Shown: positions 55,249-64,000 of the stretch, piece after piece
Numbering within the stretch: position 1 is the first letter of the stretch
Layout: every line of letters begins with the position of its first letter
Position numbers and translations under genes: made by a program
Notes under the pieces: model-generated
What the model was told of the DNA's origin: nothing
Seen by the model: the letters and a program-made list of their open reading frames with translations, nothing else
The model's database searches: none
NCBI GenBank assembly: GCA_014905635.1
Contig: JABVCE010000008.1
Coordinates: 682,001-746,000, forward strand
From: Scenedesmus sp. PABB004
Lineage: Eukaryota
Length of the DNA: 64,000 nt
Direction: 5' to 3'

Positions 55249-58200
55249 ATGGCGGCGGCGCCGGGCGCCCTGCCCCGCCTCGCATGCGGTGGCCTGGCCG
55301 CGACGGTGGCCCTGGCGGCGGCGCGCGGCGGCGCGCTCGCGCCGTGCGGCGCAGCAGCAGCGGCAGCAGCAGCAGCGTGGGCGCAGCCGCACGCCGCGGC
55401 GCCGGCAGCAGCGGCAGCAGCGGCTGCCTTGCCGCGCCGGCGGGAGCGGTGGGGCGCCGCGGTGGCGCCGCTGCCGAGCAGCAGCGGCGGCGGCGTGCTG
55501 CGCGGCCTCGCGAGCAGCGCAGCGCTGCCCGCGGACGTGCGGCGCGCGCTGGCGGACGACGACGCGGCGGAGCTGACGCCCGCGGCGGTCGTGGCGCGGC
55601 TGGACCGGGTGATCGTGGGCCAGGAGGAGGCGAAGCGCGCGGTCGCGACGGCGTACCGCAACCGCTGGCGCCGGCAGCGCGTGGCCGACCCGGAGCTGCG
55701 GGCCGAGATCACGCCCAAGAACCTCCTGCTCATTGGGCCCACCGGGTGCGCGCTGCCGGGGCCCAAATGAGCAGGAGATGGCAACACGAGGGGCGCTGTG
55801 CCCGCGGCGCCGGCGCCGCGCGACCAGTGCCGCGACCGGCGCGGCTGCGCCCGCGCCGCGCCGCAGGTGCGGCAAGACCGAGATCGCCCGCCGCCTCGCG
55901 AAGCTCGCGGGCGCGCCGTTCGTCAAGGCGCGCCCGCCGCGCCAGCCGCCGCCGCCTGCCCAGCCGCGTGCGCGCGCGCGGCGCCCGCGCCCACATGCTG
56001 CGCACGCCCGCCCACGCCCACGCCCGCAGGTTGAGGCAACAAAGTTCACGGAGGTGTGTGTGTGCTTTGTATCTGCCGCGCGGCCCGGCTGCCGGGCCGC
56101 CACCGCCGCCGCTCGGGCGGGGCGTGTTTGTGTGTGGGCGCACGAGTTGCGGTCGCGTGCGCCGCGTGAGCAGACTCCCGCCGCCGCGCCAGGTCGGCTA
56201 CCACGGCCGCGACGTCGACAGCATCGTGCGCGACCTGCTCGAGGCGGCGGTCGGCGTCGTGCGCGCGCGCCTGCGCGCCGCGGCCGCCAAGCAGGCGCGC
56301 CGCGCCGCGCCGCGCGCGGCAGCCGCGCGACGCGCCGGGCCGGCCGACGCGCACCGGCGCGCACCTCGGCTGCGCGTCCTCGGGGTGCGCGGGCGGCGAG
56401 CGCCACCGCGCCCGGTCCGCGCCGCAGATCGCCGAGGCGGTGGAGAGCCACATCATCCACGCGCTGCTCGGCGAGGGCGCGTCGCTCGAGGCGATCGCCG
56501 GCGCCCGCGAGCGCTACCGCGCGGGTGCGGCGCAGCGCGGCGCATCGCGGCACGCCCACGCCGCGCCGGCCCGGCCCGGCCGCCGCCGGCGGCGCGCGGC
56601 CCTGACGCCCCGCCACGCGCCGCCGCGCCCGTCGCGCGCTGCCCCGCCAGGCGAGCTCGAGGGCGCCCTGATCGAGGTGGACGTGCCCACCAGCCGCGGC
56701 GGCGGCGGCGGCGAGCCGGGCGGGCTCACCATCCAGGTGGGCGCCCGCACGCGCGCGACGCGCGGGCGCGCCGCTCACGCCACGGGCGTGCACCGCGCGC
56801 CCACGCCCCGCGCCGCGCGCGCCGCGCCGCGGCGCGCAGGGTGGGCAGCTGAGCATGTCGATCAGCCTCGCCGGCATGTTTGGCGGCGGCCCCGGCGGCC
56901 CCGGCGGCCGCGGCCGCGAGCGCCGCACGATGACCGTCGCCGAGGCGCGGCCGCTGCTGGAGGAGGCCGAGGCCGACCGCGCCGCGCCGCCCGAGGCGGT
57001 GCACGCAGAGGCGGTGCGCGCCCAGCGTCGCGCCTGCTGCTGCCTGGCGGGCCCCGCGCGGGGCGGCCGGACGGGGCGCCGGCCCGCGCTCGCGCGGCAG
57101 CGCCCGCACGCACCCGCGCGTGCGCACGGCGCGGCCTGACACCTGAACCGCCGCTGCTGCCGCCGCTGCTGCCGCCGCTGCTGCTGCCTCCAGGTGCGCG
57201 TGGCCGAGGCGGAAGGCATCGTGTTCATCGATGAGATCGTGAGCCACGCACAGCACGCACAGCACACAGCACGCACAGCGCGAACAGCGCACACAGAGTC
57301 GGTTTGGGGCGTGCGCGAGCGCGCACCCGATCCCGCCGCGGCGCCGCCTGAGCGCGTGCCGCCGCGCCCCGCGCCCGCGCCGACCGCCCGCGTGCCGCCC
57401 GCAGGACAAGATCGTCAACCCCGCCAACACGCTACGCCACGGTGCGCGCGGCCGGCGGCGGGGCCGGCTGCTGGGCGCCTGGGCCGCTGGGGGGCGCCGA
57501 GCTTCTTCGTGCGCTGACGCCGCGGGCCCGCCGCCGCGCCGCGCCGCCGCCAGGCTCCGACCCGAGCGCCGAGGGCGTGCAGCGGGACCTACTGCCGCTG
57601 ATCGAGGGCAGGTGTGGGCTGCGCTCGCGCCGCCGCCCCGGCGTGGCGCCGTTGCCGCCGGCTGGCTCGTCAGCCGCGCACCGCGGGCTCGCCCCAGCAG
57701 CGCCGCGCCACGCGCCCGCACCTGCGTGTCCCTGCCCCCTTCTCTCTCCAACAGCACGGTGCCGACGAAGCACGGCCCGCTCTCGACCAACCACGTGCTG
57801 TTCATCGCCGCCGGCGCCTTCACCAGCGCCAAGCCCAGCGACATGATGGCGGAGCTGCAGGCGCGCCGGGCGCCCGCGCCGGCCGCCGCGCGCGCGCGCC
57901 GCCCGCGCGCGCCTCACCCGCCGCCGCCGCCGCCGCCGCCCGCGCGCCGCGCGGCGCCCACAGGGCCGGCTGCCGATCCGCGTCGAGCTGTCGGGCCTCA
58001 CGGCGGCTGACTTCGTGCGCATCCTCACAGAGCCAGAGTGCAACATGCTCTACCAGCAGCAGGTGCAGGACGGGGGTCAGGCTCGGGCTCAGGCTCGCGG
58101 CGCGCGGCTGGGGTTGGCGCTGGCCCGCCCGCTGCCCCCCCCCAGCGCGCGCCCCCACGCGGCCTGCCACTGCTGTCAGCAGTCTGACCCGCGCCCGCGC

Positions 58201-58614
58201 GCCGCAGCGCCTGCTGGGCTGCGAGGGCGTGGACCTGGTGTTCACGCCCGACGCGGTCACAGAGATCGCGGCCCTCGCAGAGCAGATCAACAAGGAGGTG
58301 CGGCGGGCGGGCGGCGGGCGGCGGCTGCAGCCTCCGGGCCCCAGCGCGCGCGCGCGCGCGCCGGCCCGCGCCGCGCTGTGTGCGTGGCCGACGCGGCCCG
58401 GCCCCGCCGCCGCGCTGCCATACGCCGCGCGGCGCGCAGGTTGAGAACATCGGCGCGCGCCGCCTGCACACGGTGCTGGAGCGCATCGTGGAGGACATCA
58501 GCTTCGACGCGCCCGACCGGGTCGCCGAGGCGGCGGGCGCCGGGAGCAGTGGCGAGAGCAGAGGCGGCGGCGCGGGCGGCGGCGAGGCCGGCGCCGCGGC
58601 CGGCGGCGAGGGCA

Positions 58615-58669
<55 letters not shown>

Positions 58670-58671
58670 CG

Positions 58672-58702
<31 letters not shown>

Positions 58703-58825
58703 AGCAGCAGCAGCAGCGGCGGGGGAGCTGCAGCGCGCTACACGCACGTCATCGACGCGGCGGCGGTGCGCGAGAAGCTGGCGGGCCTGCTGCAGCAGCA
58801 GGACCTGGACAAGTACATACTGTGA
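55249..58825 (+). CDS. hslU: HslU/ClpY AAA+ ATPase subunit of the HslUV protease, with mitochondrial-type presequence; apparent frameshift at ~58670
   Basis: Contains [132 protein letters not shown] and the C-terminal DLDKYIL. Confidence 0.95.
58616..58696. repeat. (GGC)n polyGly-coding repeat in the last hslU exon
   Basis: Long GGC run with a register shift at about 58670. Confidence 0.9.
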
Positions 58826-58925
58826 GCGCGGCGGCGCGCCTCGGACGCGCGCGCGCACGTGGTGCGAACTCAATCGCTCGGTTGCAGCGCCGCGGCGCGG
58901 CGGGCCTGCACGCGTCATGACGTGA

Positions 58926-59578
58926 TCACTGCTGGCGCAGCACGTCGGCGTGGTAGCAGAGTGGCCGCGCGTACACAGGCGCGCGCACGTGGAGCAGCAG
59001 CAGCCCACCCAGGCTCGCCGCGGCGCCGCCCGCGACCAGTATGAGCGTCACCGCCAGCGGGACGGCCGTCTCGTCGTAGCCGACGGGCGACCGCGGCGGC
59101 GCGTAGCCCTTGGGGCTGGCCAGCAGCACCAGCAGCACGACGCCGTACCCGCCCGCGCACGCCGCGTACGCGAGCCTGCGGCGACGACCGAGGCCGCGGC
59201 GCGGTCTCGGGCGCGGTCTCGGGCGCACGCGCGCGCGGGCGGGCAGCTGCCGGGGCCTGACTCACCCCGGCTTGGTGGTGCGGGAGCCGAGCAGCGCGAG
59301 CACGGCGAACGCCGCCCTGGGGCGCGCGCCGAGCGGCGTGCGCCGGCTGGTCAGGGTGGCCCCGCGGCCGGCGCGCCGCGGCGCACGACGTTTCGGCGCG
59401 CCCCCCGGCGGCCCTGGGCGGCAGCTCGGTCTGAGCAGCCCGTGGGGCGCCGCGCGGCTCACAGGAAGAAGGCGAGCAGGAAGACGCCGACGCCGACGCC
59501 GAGCACGCGCGGCGCGCCCACGCCCAGCAGCTGGCGGCCATGCCGCGCGCCGAGCGGCAGCAGGGAACTAGCTTCCAT
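58926..59578 (-). CDS. TMEM218: TMEM218-like ciliary transition-zone membrane protein, 3 exons
   Basis: Spliced translation: MEASS...RVLGVGVGVFLLAFFL/AAFAVLALLGSRTTKPG/LAYAACAGGYGVVLLVLLASPK...LAVTLILVAGGAAASLGGLLLLHVRAPVYARPL. It has three TM segments and the VLGVGxGVF and P(I/V)YA(K/R)PL hallmarks recalled for TMEM218. Confidence 0.75.
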
Positions 59579-60076
59579 GCGTGCGCTGCGGCGTGGGTAG
59601 TGCGGGAGCCCGGCGGCGGCGCGGCGGCCGCCGGCGCGCGGCCGCTGCTGGTGCACGCCAGCTGCTCGCTGGGCGCTGGTGGTGGGAGTGATGTGGACCC
59701 ACGCGGGAGATACGCGCGCTGACGCAAGGTCACGCAGCCAGCGCTCGCGATGTGGGCGGACCGGCAGGCGAGCAGCGCGGGCGATTGACCGCTGCGGAGC
59801 TCGCTGAGCGGCGCGCGGCAAGGCGCGGGGCTGGGGCTGGCACGACCCTCCGAGCCGGCGCCTGTCCCGGGGCGGAGCTTCGCAGTCGCTGAACCGCCGC
59901 TGCTCCGGTGCCGCAGCCGCGCTGCATCTCCGCCCCGCGCTCGGAGCGGCGCTCCGCCCTCGGGCAGGCCGCTGCGTCGCCAGCGTTACGACCGCGCCCA
60001 GCGTGCGCCAGGCGACTGCGGGGGCAGGCGCGGCGAGCGTTCCGCACGCGCGCGCGCGCCGCCCCCGCCGCCGGCG

Positions 60077-60820
60077 CTACCGCTGCACGCCCGCCCGCAC
60101 GGGCACGCGCCGCCACGCCAGGTCGGCGGGCCTGGTCCAGGTCGTCTCCTTGGTGTCCTGCGGCGGCGGCGGCGACGCCGCGTGGCGCGCGCGGTGAGCG
60201 AGCGCCGCCGCGCGCTGGCGCCGCAGTGCGGCCCTCGCCCCGCGCGGGCGCCGGCCGCGGCTGCCGGCCCGTCGGCCGCGCCCAGGTGCGGCCGCGCTGC
60301 CGGGGTGGGTGGGTGGGGGGGGGGGGCTCCTCCGGCCCCTCCTCCTTCCCAGCGCCGGACCTGGTTGAAGTAGTAGGCTCGCTGCAGGTCTTCGCTGAAG
60401 TGCTCCACCCACGCGTACGCGTGCCCGTTTGGCGGCTCGCTCAGCCTCTCGCCGCTCCCGCTCAGCCAGTAGCGTGCGCCCGCGTCGTCCTCATAGCCCA
60501 CGTCGCCGGGGTCTGCGCGGCGGCCGGCCGGCCGGCGGCGGTCGGCCGTGCGGCGGCCTGCGACCGCAGTCCCGGCCGACACCCCGGCCGCTGCAGGCGC
60601 ACGCGGGGCACCGCCGGCCCGCTCTGACCGGCGCTGCGCGTGCCGTACGGCCCCCTGCTCGCTCACCCTCCCACTGCAGGTCGCCGGTGATCTCGTTGTA
60701 AAAGTAAAAGGCCGGCGCCGCGGTCGCCGCCGCCGCCGCTGCTCCGCCCCCGCGCGCCTTGCCGCACGCCGCCTGCGGCGGCCACGTCAGCGACAGCAGC
60801 AGGACCGCCAGCAGCAGCAT
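60077..60820 (-). CDS. Small signal-peptide protein with WW-like modules; exons 60820-60667, 60512-60361, 60157-60077
   Basis: GT-AG introns give MLLLAVLLLSLTWPPQAACG...FYFYNEITGDLQWE/DPGDVGYEDDAGARYWLSGSGERLSEPPNGHAYAWVEHFSEDLQRAYYFNQ/DTKETTWTRPADLAWRRVPVRAGVQR*. Confidence 0.8.
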
Positions 60821-61288
60821 GGCCGCCGCCGGGCCGGGGCCCCGCGGGCGCCGCTGGGCGGGCACCCCGGTGCAGCAGATGCCCGGCACCCAGGCCGGCG
60901 GCACCGGACCGCTGGCGGCGCTGTGGTGACCGTGATGTCTGTGCGTGTGTCACGTCGGATCCGATCAGCTGACCGCGCGGGTGCTGGCAGCGGGGGCGCT
61001 GGCGCAGCTGCGGCCGCGGCGCTGGCGGCGGTGTGCGTTCCGCTGTCAGCCGCCAGTCCCCCCCCTGCTGCTGCCGCCTGCGTGGCTGGCCCTGCAATCC
61101 CCCGGCGCTGGGACTCGCCGCAGCGGCCAGCGCGCGCTTGGCCAGCAGGGTTGAACAGCTCCGGAACCCGCCACGCAGGCGCGAGGGCAGGCCGGGCGCA
61201 CGGCGCGCGGCGCGCGCGTCGCGACAGCGGGGCCGTGACGGGCGCGCGCCGGGCAACTGAGGGACCACCGGGCCCACCAATCGAGGGC

Positions 61289-63373
61289 TCACACCGACAG
61301 TCCCGGAGCCCCACCGTCGCCGCGTCGTCGTCGCGCACGCCACAGCCGCGCGGCGGCGTCCGCCCCGCCGTCCGCTCCGGGCGGCGGGGCGGGCATGTGC
61401 TCCGCCAGGCACTGCCAGCCGCCCGCCGACCCCAGCTCCGCCTCCAGTCCGGCCAGCAGCTCGGCGTGCCGCACAAGCGCTTGTGCGCCGGCGTCAGGGC
61501 TGCCGGCGGCCGCCGCCTCGCCCATTGCGCGCTGCACTGCCGCCCGCGCCGCCTCGCGGCTGGGCGCTGCCGCGGCCGCCGCCCGCACGCGCTGCGCGGC
61601 GCGCAGCACGCGCCGGAGCACCTCCGGCCGCTCCCGAAAGTACGCCGCCGACGCCGCCTGCACCAGCACCGGGTTGGGATGCGCCGCTCGCCGCTGCTGC
61701 GCCGCAGCGGCGGCGGGCTGCTGCGGCGGCCCGCCGCCGCCGCCGCCGTGCGACCCGCGGCGCCGCCCCGGCGGCGGGTAGCGGTCCTGCAGGCGCAGCA
61801 GGCTGAGCGTGTCGCCCAGCAGCCGCTCCTTGGTGCCGCGCATGAGCTCCGCCGTGCCGGGCCGGCTGTGCGCCCAGGCGAGCGAGGGCGACGCGTTGAC
61901 CTCGAGCAGCCAGGGGCGCAGCGAGGCATCGAGGCAAAAGTCCAGCCCCAGCAGCTCAAATGCAGCATCGCCGGGCAGGCCCAGCCGCGCCGCCTCCCGC
62001 GCGACCGGCGCCGCGGCCGCCGCGACGACGCGGCCCGCCGCGGCGGCCAGCTGTCGCCGCAGCCGCGCCGCGCGCTCGTCCCCGAGGTGCTCCCACAGCC
62101 GCCGCAGACGCCAGACGTCGGCGCCCTCGTCCTGGGCGTGGTTGGTGAGGTGCCCTGCCTGCGCCGCGCCGCCGAGCCGGGCCACCGCGTCCATGTCGGC
62201 GACATATTGCTGCCCGCTGAAGAGCACCAGACCCTCGCAGTGCAAGAACGCGCGCAGCGGCGCCGGGCCCAGCACGAGCACCCAGAGCCGCAGACCGTAC
62301 TTGCGCCCGTCGACCAGGTGCGGGCGCGTGATGTACTGCTGCACACTGAGGAAGGGGCGCGGCGCGCCGGCAGCCGGCGCGGCCGGCGCGGCCGGCGCGG
62401 CCGGGCCGGGCGGCGGCGGCGACAGGAAGGGCGCGTTGCGTTCAAGCAGCGCGCCGAGCGCGCGCGCGGCGGGGACGACCTGGAGGCCCCGGCCCAGGTG
62501 CTCTGCAGTCTTGAGCACCCAGTGCCCCGTGACCGGCCCCAGCGCGCGCCCCGCCGCGCCGCCGGCCGCGGCCGCGGCGGCCTCGTCGCGCAGGCGCTGC
62601 CGCCAGTCGGGAAGCTGCGCCGGCAGGCTGTACGAGCGTGGCGCGAGCTCCCACGCCGCCTCGCCGTAGGCCTCGTGCAGCGTCAGCGCGAGCAGGCGCT
62701 TGCGCGTGATGCACTCCAGGCCTGCCGGGCGGGGTGGGGGCGGCCGCGGCGGAGGCCTCGGCGCGGCCGGCGGCGCCGGCGGCGGGGCGCTGCGGCGGGG
62801 CGCTGCGCGCCCACCTGGCAGCGCGCTGATGAGCTGCCCCTGCCGCAGGAAGGGCGCGGCCTTGAGGGCGCCGTCAGAGGTCGACCAGAGCACGTCCCAG
62901 CGCGCGGGCACCTGCCAGCCCATGGCGCCCTGCGCCGCCGCTGACTTGACGTTGCCGCCGACGCGCACGCCGCCGGCGCCGAGGAGCGCGGCCTGGGCCA
63001 GCGAGTCGTCGCCGCTGCCCCGGAAGCGCTTCTCGTCGTGCCAGAAGCAAAAGCGCGCGAGCCGCTGCGACGGCGGCAGCGGCGCCGCCAGCGGGGGCGC
63101 TGCCGCGAGCTGCTGCGACGGCAACCGCGTTGCACACGTTGCGGCGTCTGCTGCTCTTCGACGCTGCTGGTGCTGGTGCTGCTGGTGCTGCTGCTGCTGC
63201 TCTGGCTGCGGCGGCTGGGCGGCGTCGCGCGGGCCACCCGCGGGCGCCGCGCAGCGCGCTGCTGGCGCTGGCCGCGGCGGTCGCCTGGCGCGCGCCCCCG
63301 CCGCGCTGCCGTGACACACTGCTCGCCTGCATGGCTGAGGCCGCCGGCAGGCCGGGCAGGGCAGCCCCACCAT
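61289..63373 (-). CDS. Tubulin-tyrosine ligase-like (TTL/TTLL, ATP-grasp) protein; start uncertain
   Basis: Contains WDVLWS, ISALP/GLECITRK, APRSYSLP, WVLKT..LGRGL, VQQYITRPHLVDGRKYGLRLWVLV, HLTN and FELLGLDFCLDASLRPWLLEVNASPSL. Confidence 0.88.
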   Translation of the reverse strand: MVGLPCPACRRPQPCRRAVCHGSAAGARARRPPRPAPAARCAAPAGGPRDAAQPPQPEQQQQHQQHQHQQRRRAADAATCATRLPSQQLAAAPPLAAPLPPSQRLARFCFWHDEKRFRGSGDDSLAQAALLGAGGVRVGGNVKSAAAQGAMGWQVPARWDVLWSTSDGALKAAPFLRQGQLISALPGGRAAPRRSAPPPAPPAAPRPPPRPPPPRPAGLECITRKRLLALTLHEAYGEAAWELAPRSYSLPAQLPDWRQRLRDEAAAAAAGGAAGRALGPVTGHWVLKTAEHLGRGLQVVPAARALGALLERNAPFLSPPPPGPAAPAAPAAPAAGAPRPFLSVQQYITRPHLVDGRKYGLRLWVLVLGPAPLRAFLHCEGLVLFSGQQYVADMDAVARLGGAAQAGHLTNHAQDEGADVWRLRRLWEHLGDERAARLRRQLAAAAGRVVAAAAAPVAREAARLGLPGDAAFELLGLDFCLDASLRPWLLEVNASPSLAWAHSRPGTAELMRGTKERLLGDTLSLLRLQDRYPPPGRRRGSHGGGGGGPPQQPAAAAAQQRRAAHPNPVLVQAASAAYFRERPEVLRRVLRAAQRVRAAAAAAPSREAARAAVQRAMGEAAAAGSPDAGAQALVRHAELLAGLEAELGSAGGWQCLAEHMPAPPPGADGGADAAARLWRARRRRGDGGAPGLSV

Positions 63374-63713
63374 GCGGCGGCGGCGGCAGCGGCACCGCCT
63401 CCGGTGAGCTTGCTTGCGCCGGGGCTCGCGTGCCTGCAGCGGTGCGTCCCCTGGATGCCGTCTGATGATCAGGAGCGGGCTGCTGCGCGTCGCCTGACCG
63501 GCAGCGCGCTTTAGCGCGACGACGCTTCGAACGCGGGCGCCGGCGCCGCCCAATCCGGGGGCCCCGCGCTGCCTCCGCGCCACACCCGGCGCGCCCCGCT
63601 CCCTGCGCGCCACACACGCTCCGCGAGAAGCTCCTGTCACTCGCCCACGCCCCTCGCCGCACCGCGCAGCGAGCAGCGGCGCGCCGCCTCTGCCGCCGCG
63701 CGGCGGGCGGGGC

Positions 63714-64000
63714 ATGGCGTCCAAGCGGTCCCTGAGCCTGCCGGCGGCTGCCAGGCGGCCGTCCAAAAAGTCCACCAAGCAGGCGCGGGCGGCGGCGGCG
63801 CCGCGCGGGCCCCCGCAGCGCGCGCAGCGGCGGCGGCGTCGCCGCCAACCGCCCCCCCCCCCCCCCCGCGCAGGCGCTGCCGCACGACAGCCAGCCGCAG
63901 GCGGGCGATGCCGACCGCGCGCTGCTGGCGGCGCTGATGGCGGCCGAGCCGGGCGCGCAGATGGCGATGGACGCGGACGACGACGACCTGGACGCGCCGC
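63714..64000 (+). CDS. 5' end of an unidentified gene, truncated by the window edge
   Basis: ATG at 63714 gives MASKRSLSLPAAARRPSKKSTKQ. A GC donor at 63783 and an acceptor at ~63873 lead to ALPHDSQPQAGDADRALLAALMAAEPGAQMAMDADDDDLDAP... Confidence 0.5.
   Translation, partial: MASKRSLSLPAAARRPSKKSTKQARAAAAPRGPPQRAQRRRRRRQPPPPPPRAGAAARQPAAGGRCRPRAAGGADGGRAGRADGDGRGRRRPGRA

Overview
This is a very GC-rich, gene-dense and intron-rich eukaryotic nuclear window from a chlorophyte green alga. The codon and intron style, a TGTAA poly(A) signal and the plastid and mitochondrial gene content suggest a Sphaeropleales/Selenastraceae-like species, but that assignment is inference. Most long ORFs in the six-frame track are GC artefacts, so genes were rebuilt by splicing exons by eye. 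About 26 genes are supported: MSH4 (partial), a DUF1639-like micro-protein, phosphoserine phosphatase, isoamylase 3, a divergent protein kinase, a PAP2 lipid phosphatase, ARFRP1, a PYROXD2/phytoene-dehydrogenase-like oxidoreductase, a small twin-(CX7C)3 protein, an ER-type UDP-glycosyltransferase ending in RDEL, guanylate kinase, a tandem-S1 RS-rich protein, Z-ISO, kinesin-6, a conserved membrane protein, SufD, dynein light chain p28, an orphan two-domain-repeat protein, adenylate kinase with a CP12-like tail, a CX5R phosphatase, plastid FBPase, HslU, TMEM218, a secreted WW-like protein, a TTL-family ligase and a partial gene at the right edge. The most notable observations are: (i) more than 20 GC-AG introns; (ii) a signal-peptide protein with a split or permuted WW-domain layout; (iii) an 8-cysteine twin CX7C-periodic protein; (iv) a UGT with a signal peptide, RDEL and no catalytic His; (v) an orphan protein with a duplicated ~85-aa domain; (vi) retained meiotic and ciliary genes. 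No CRISPR array, rRNA, tRNA or transposon was recognised.
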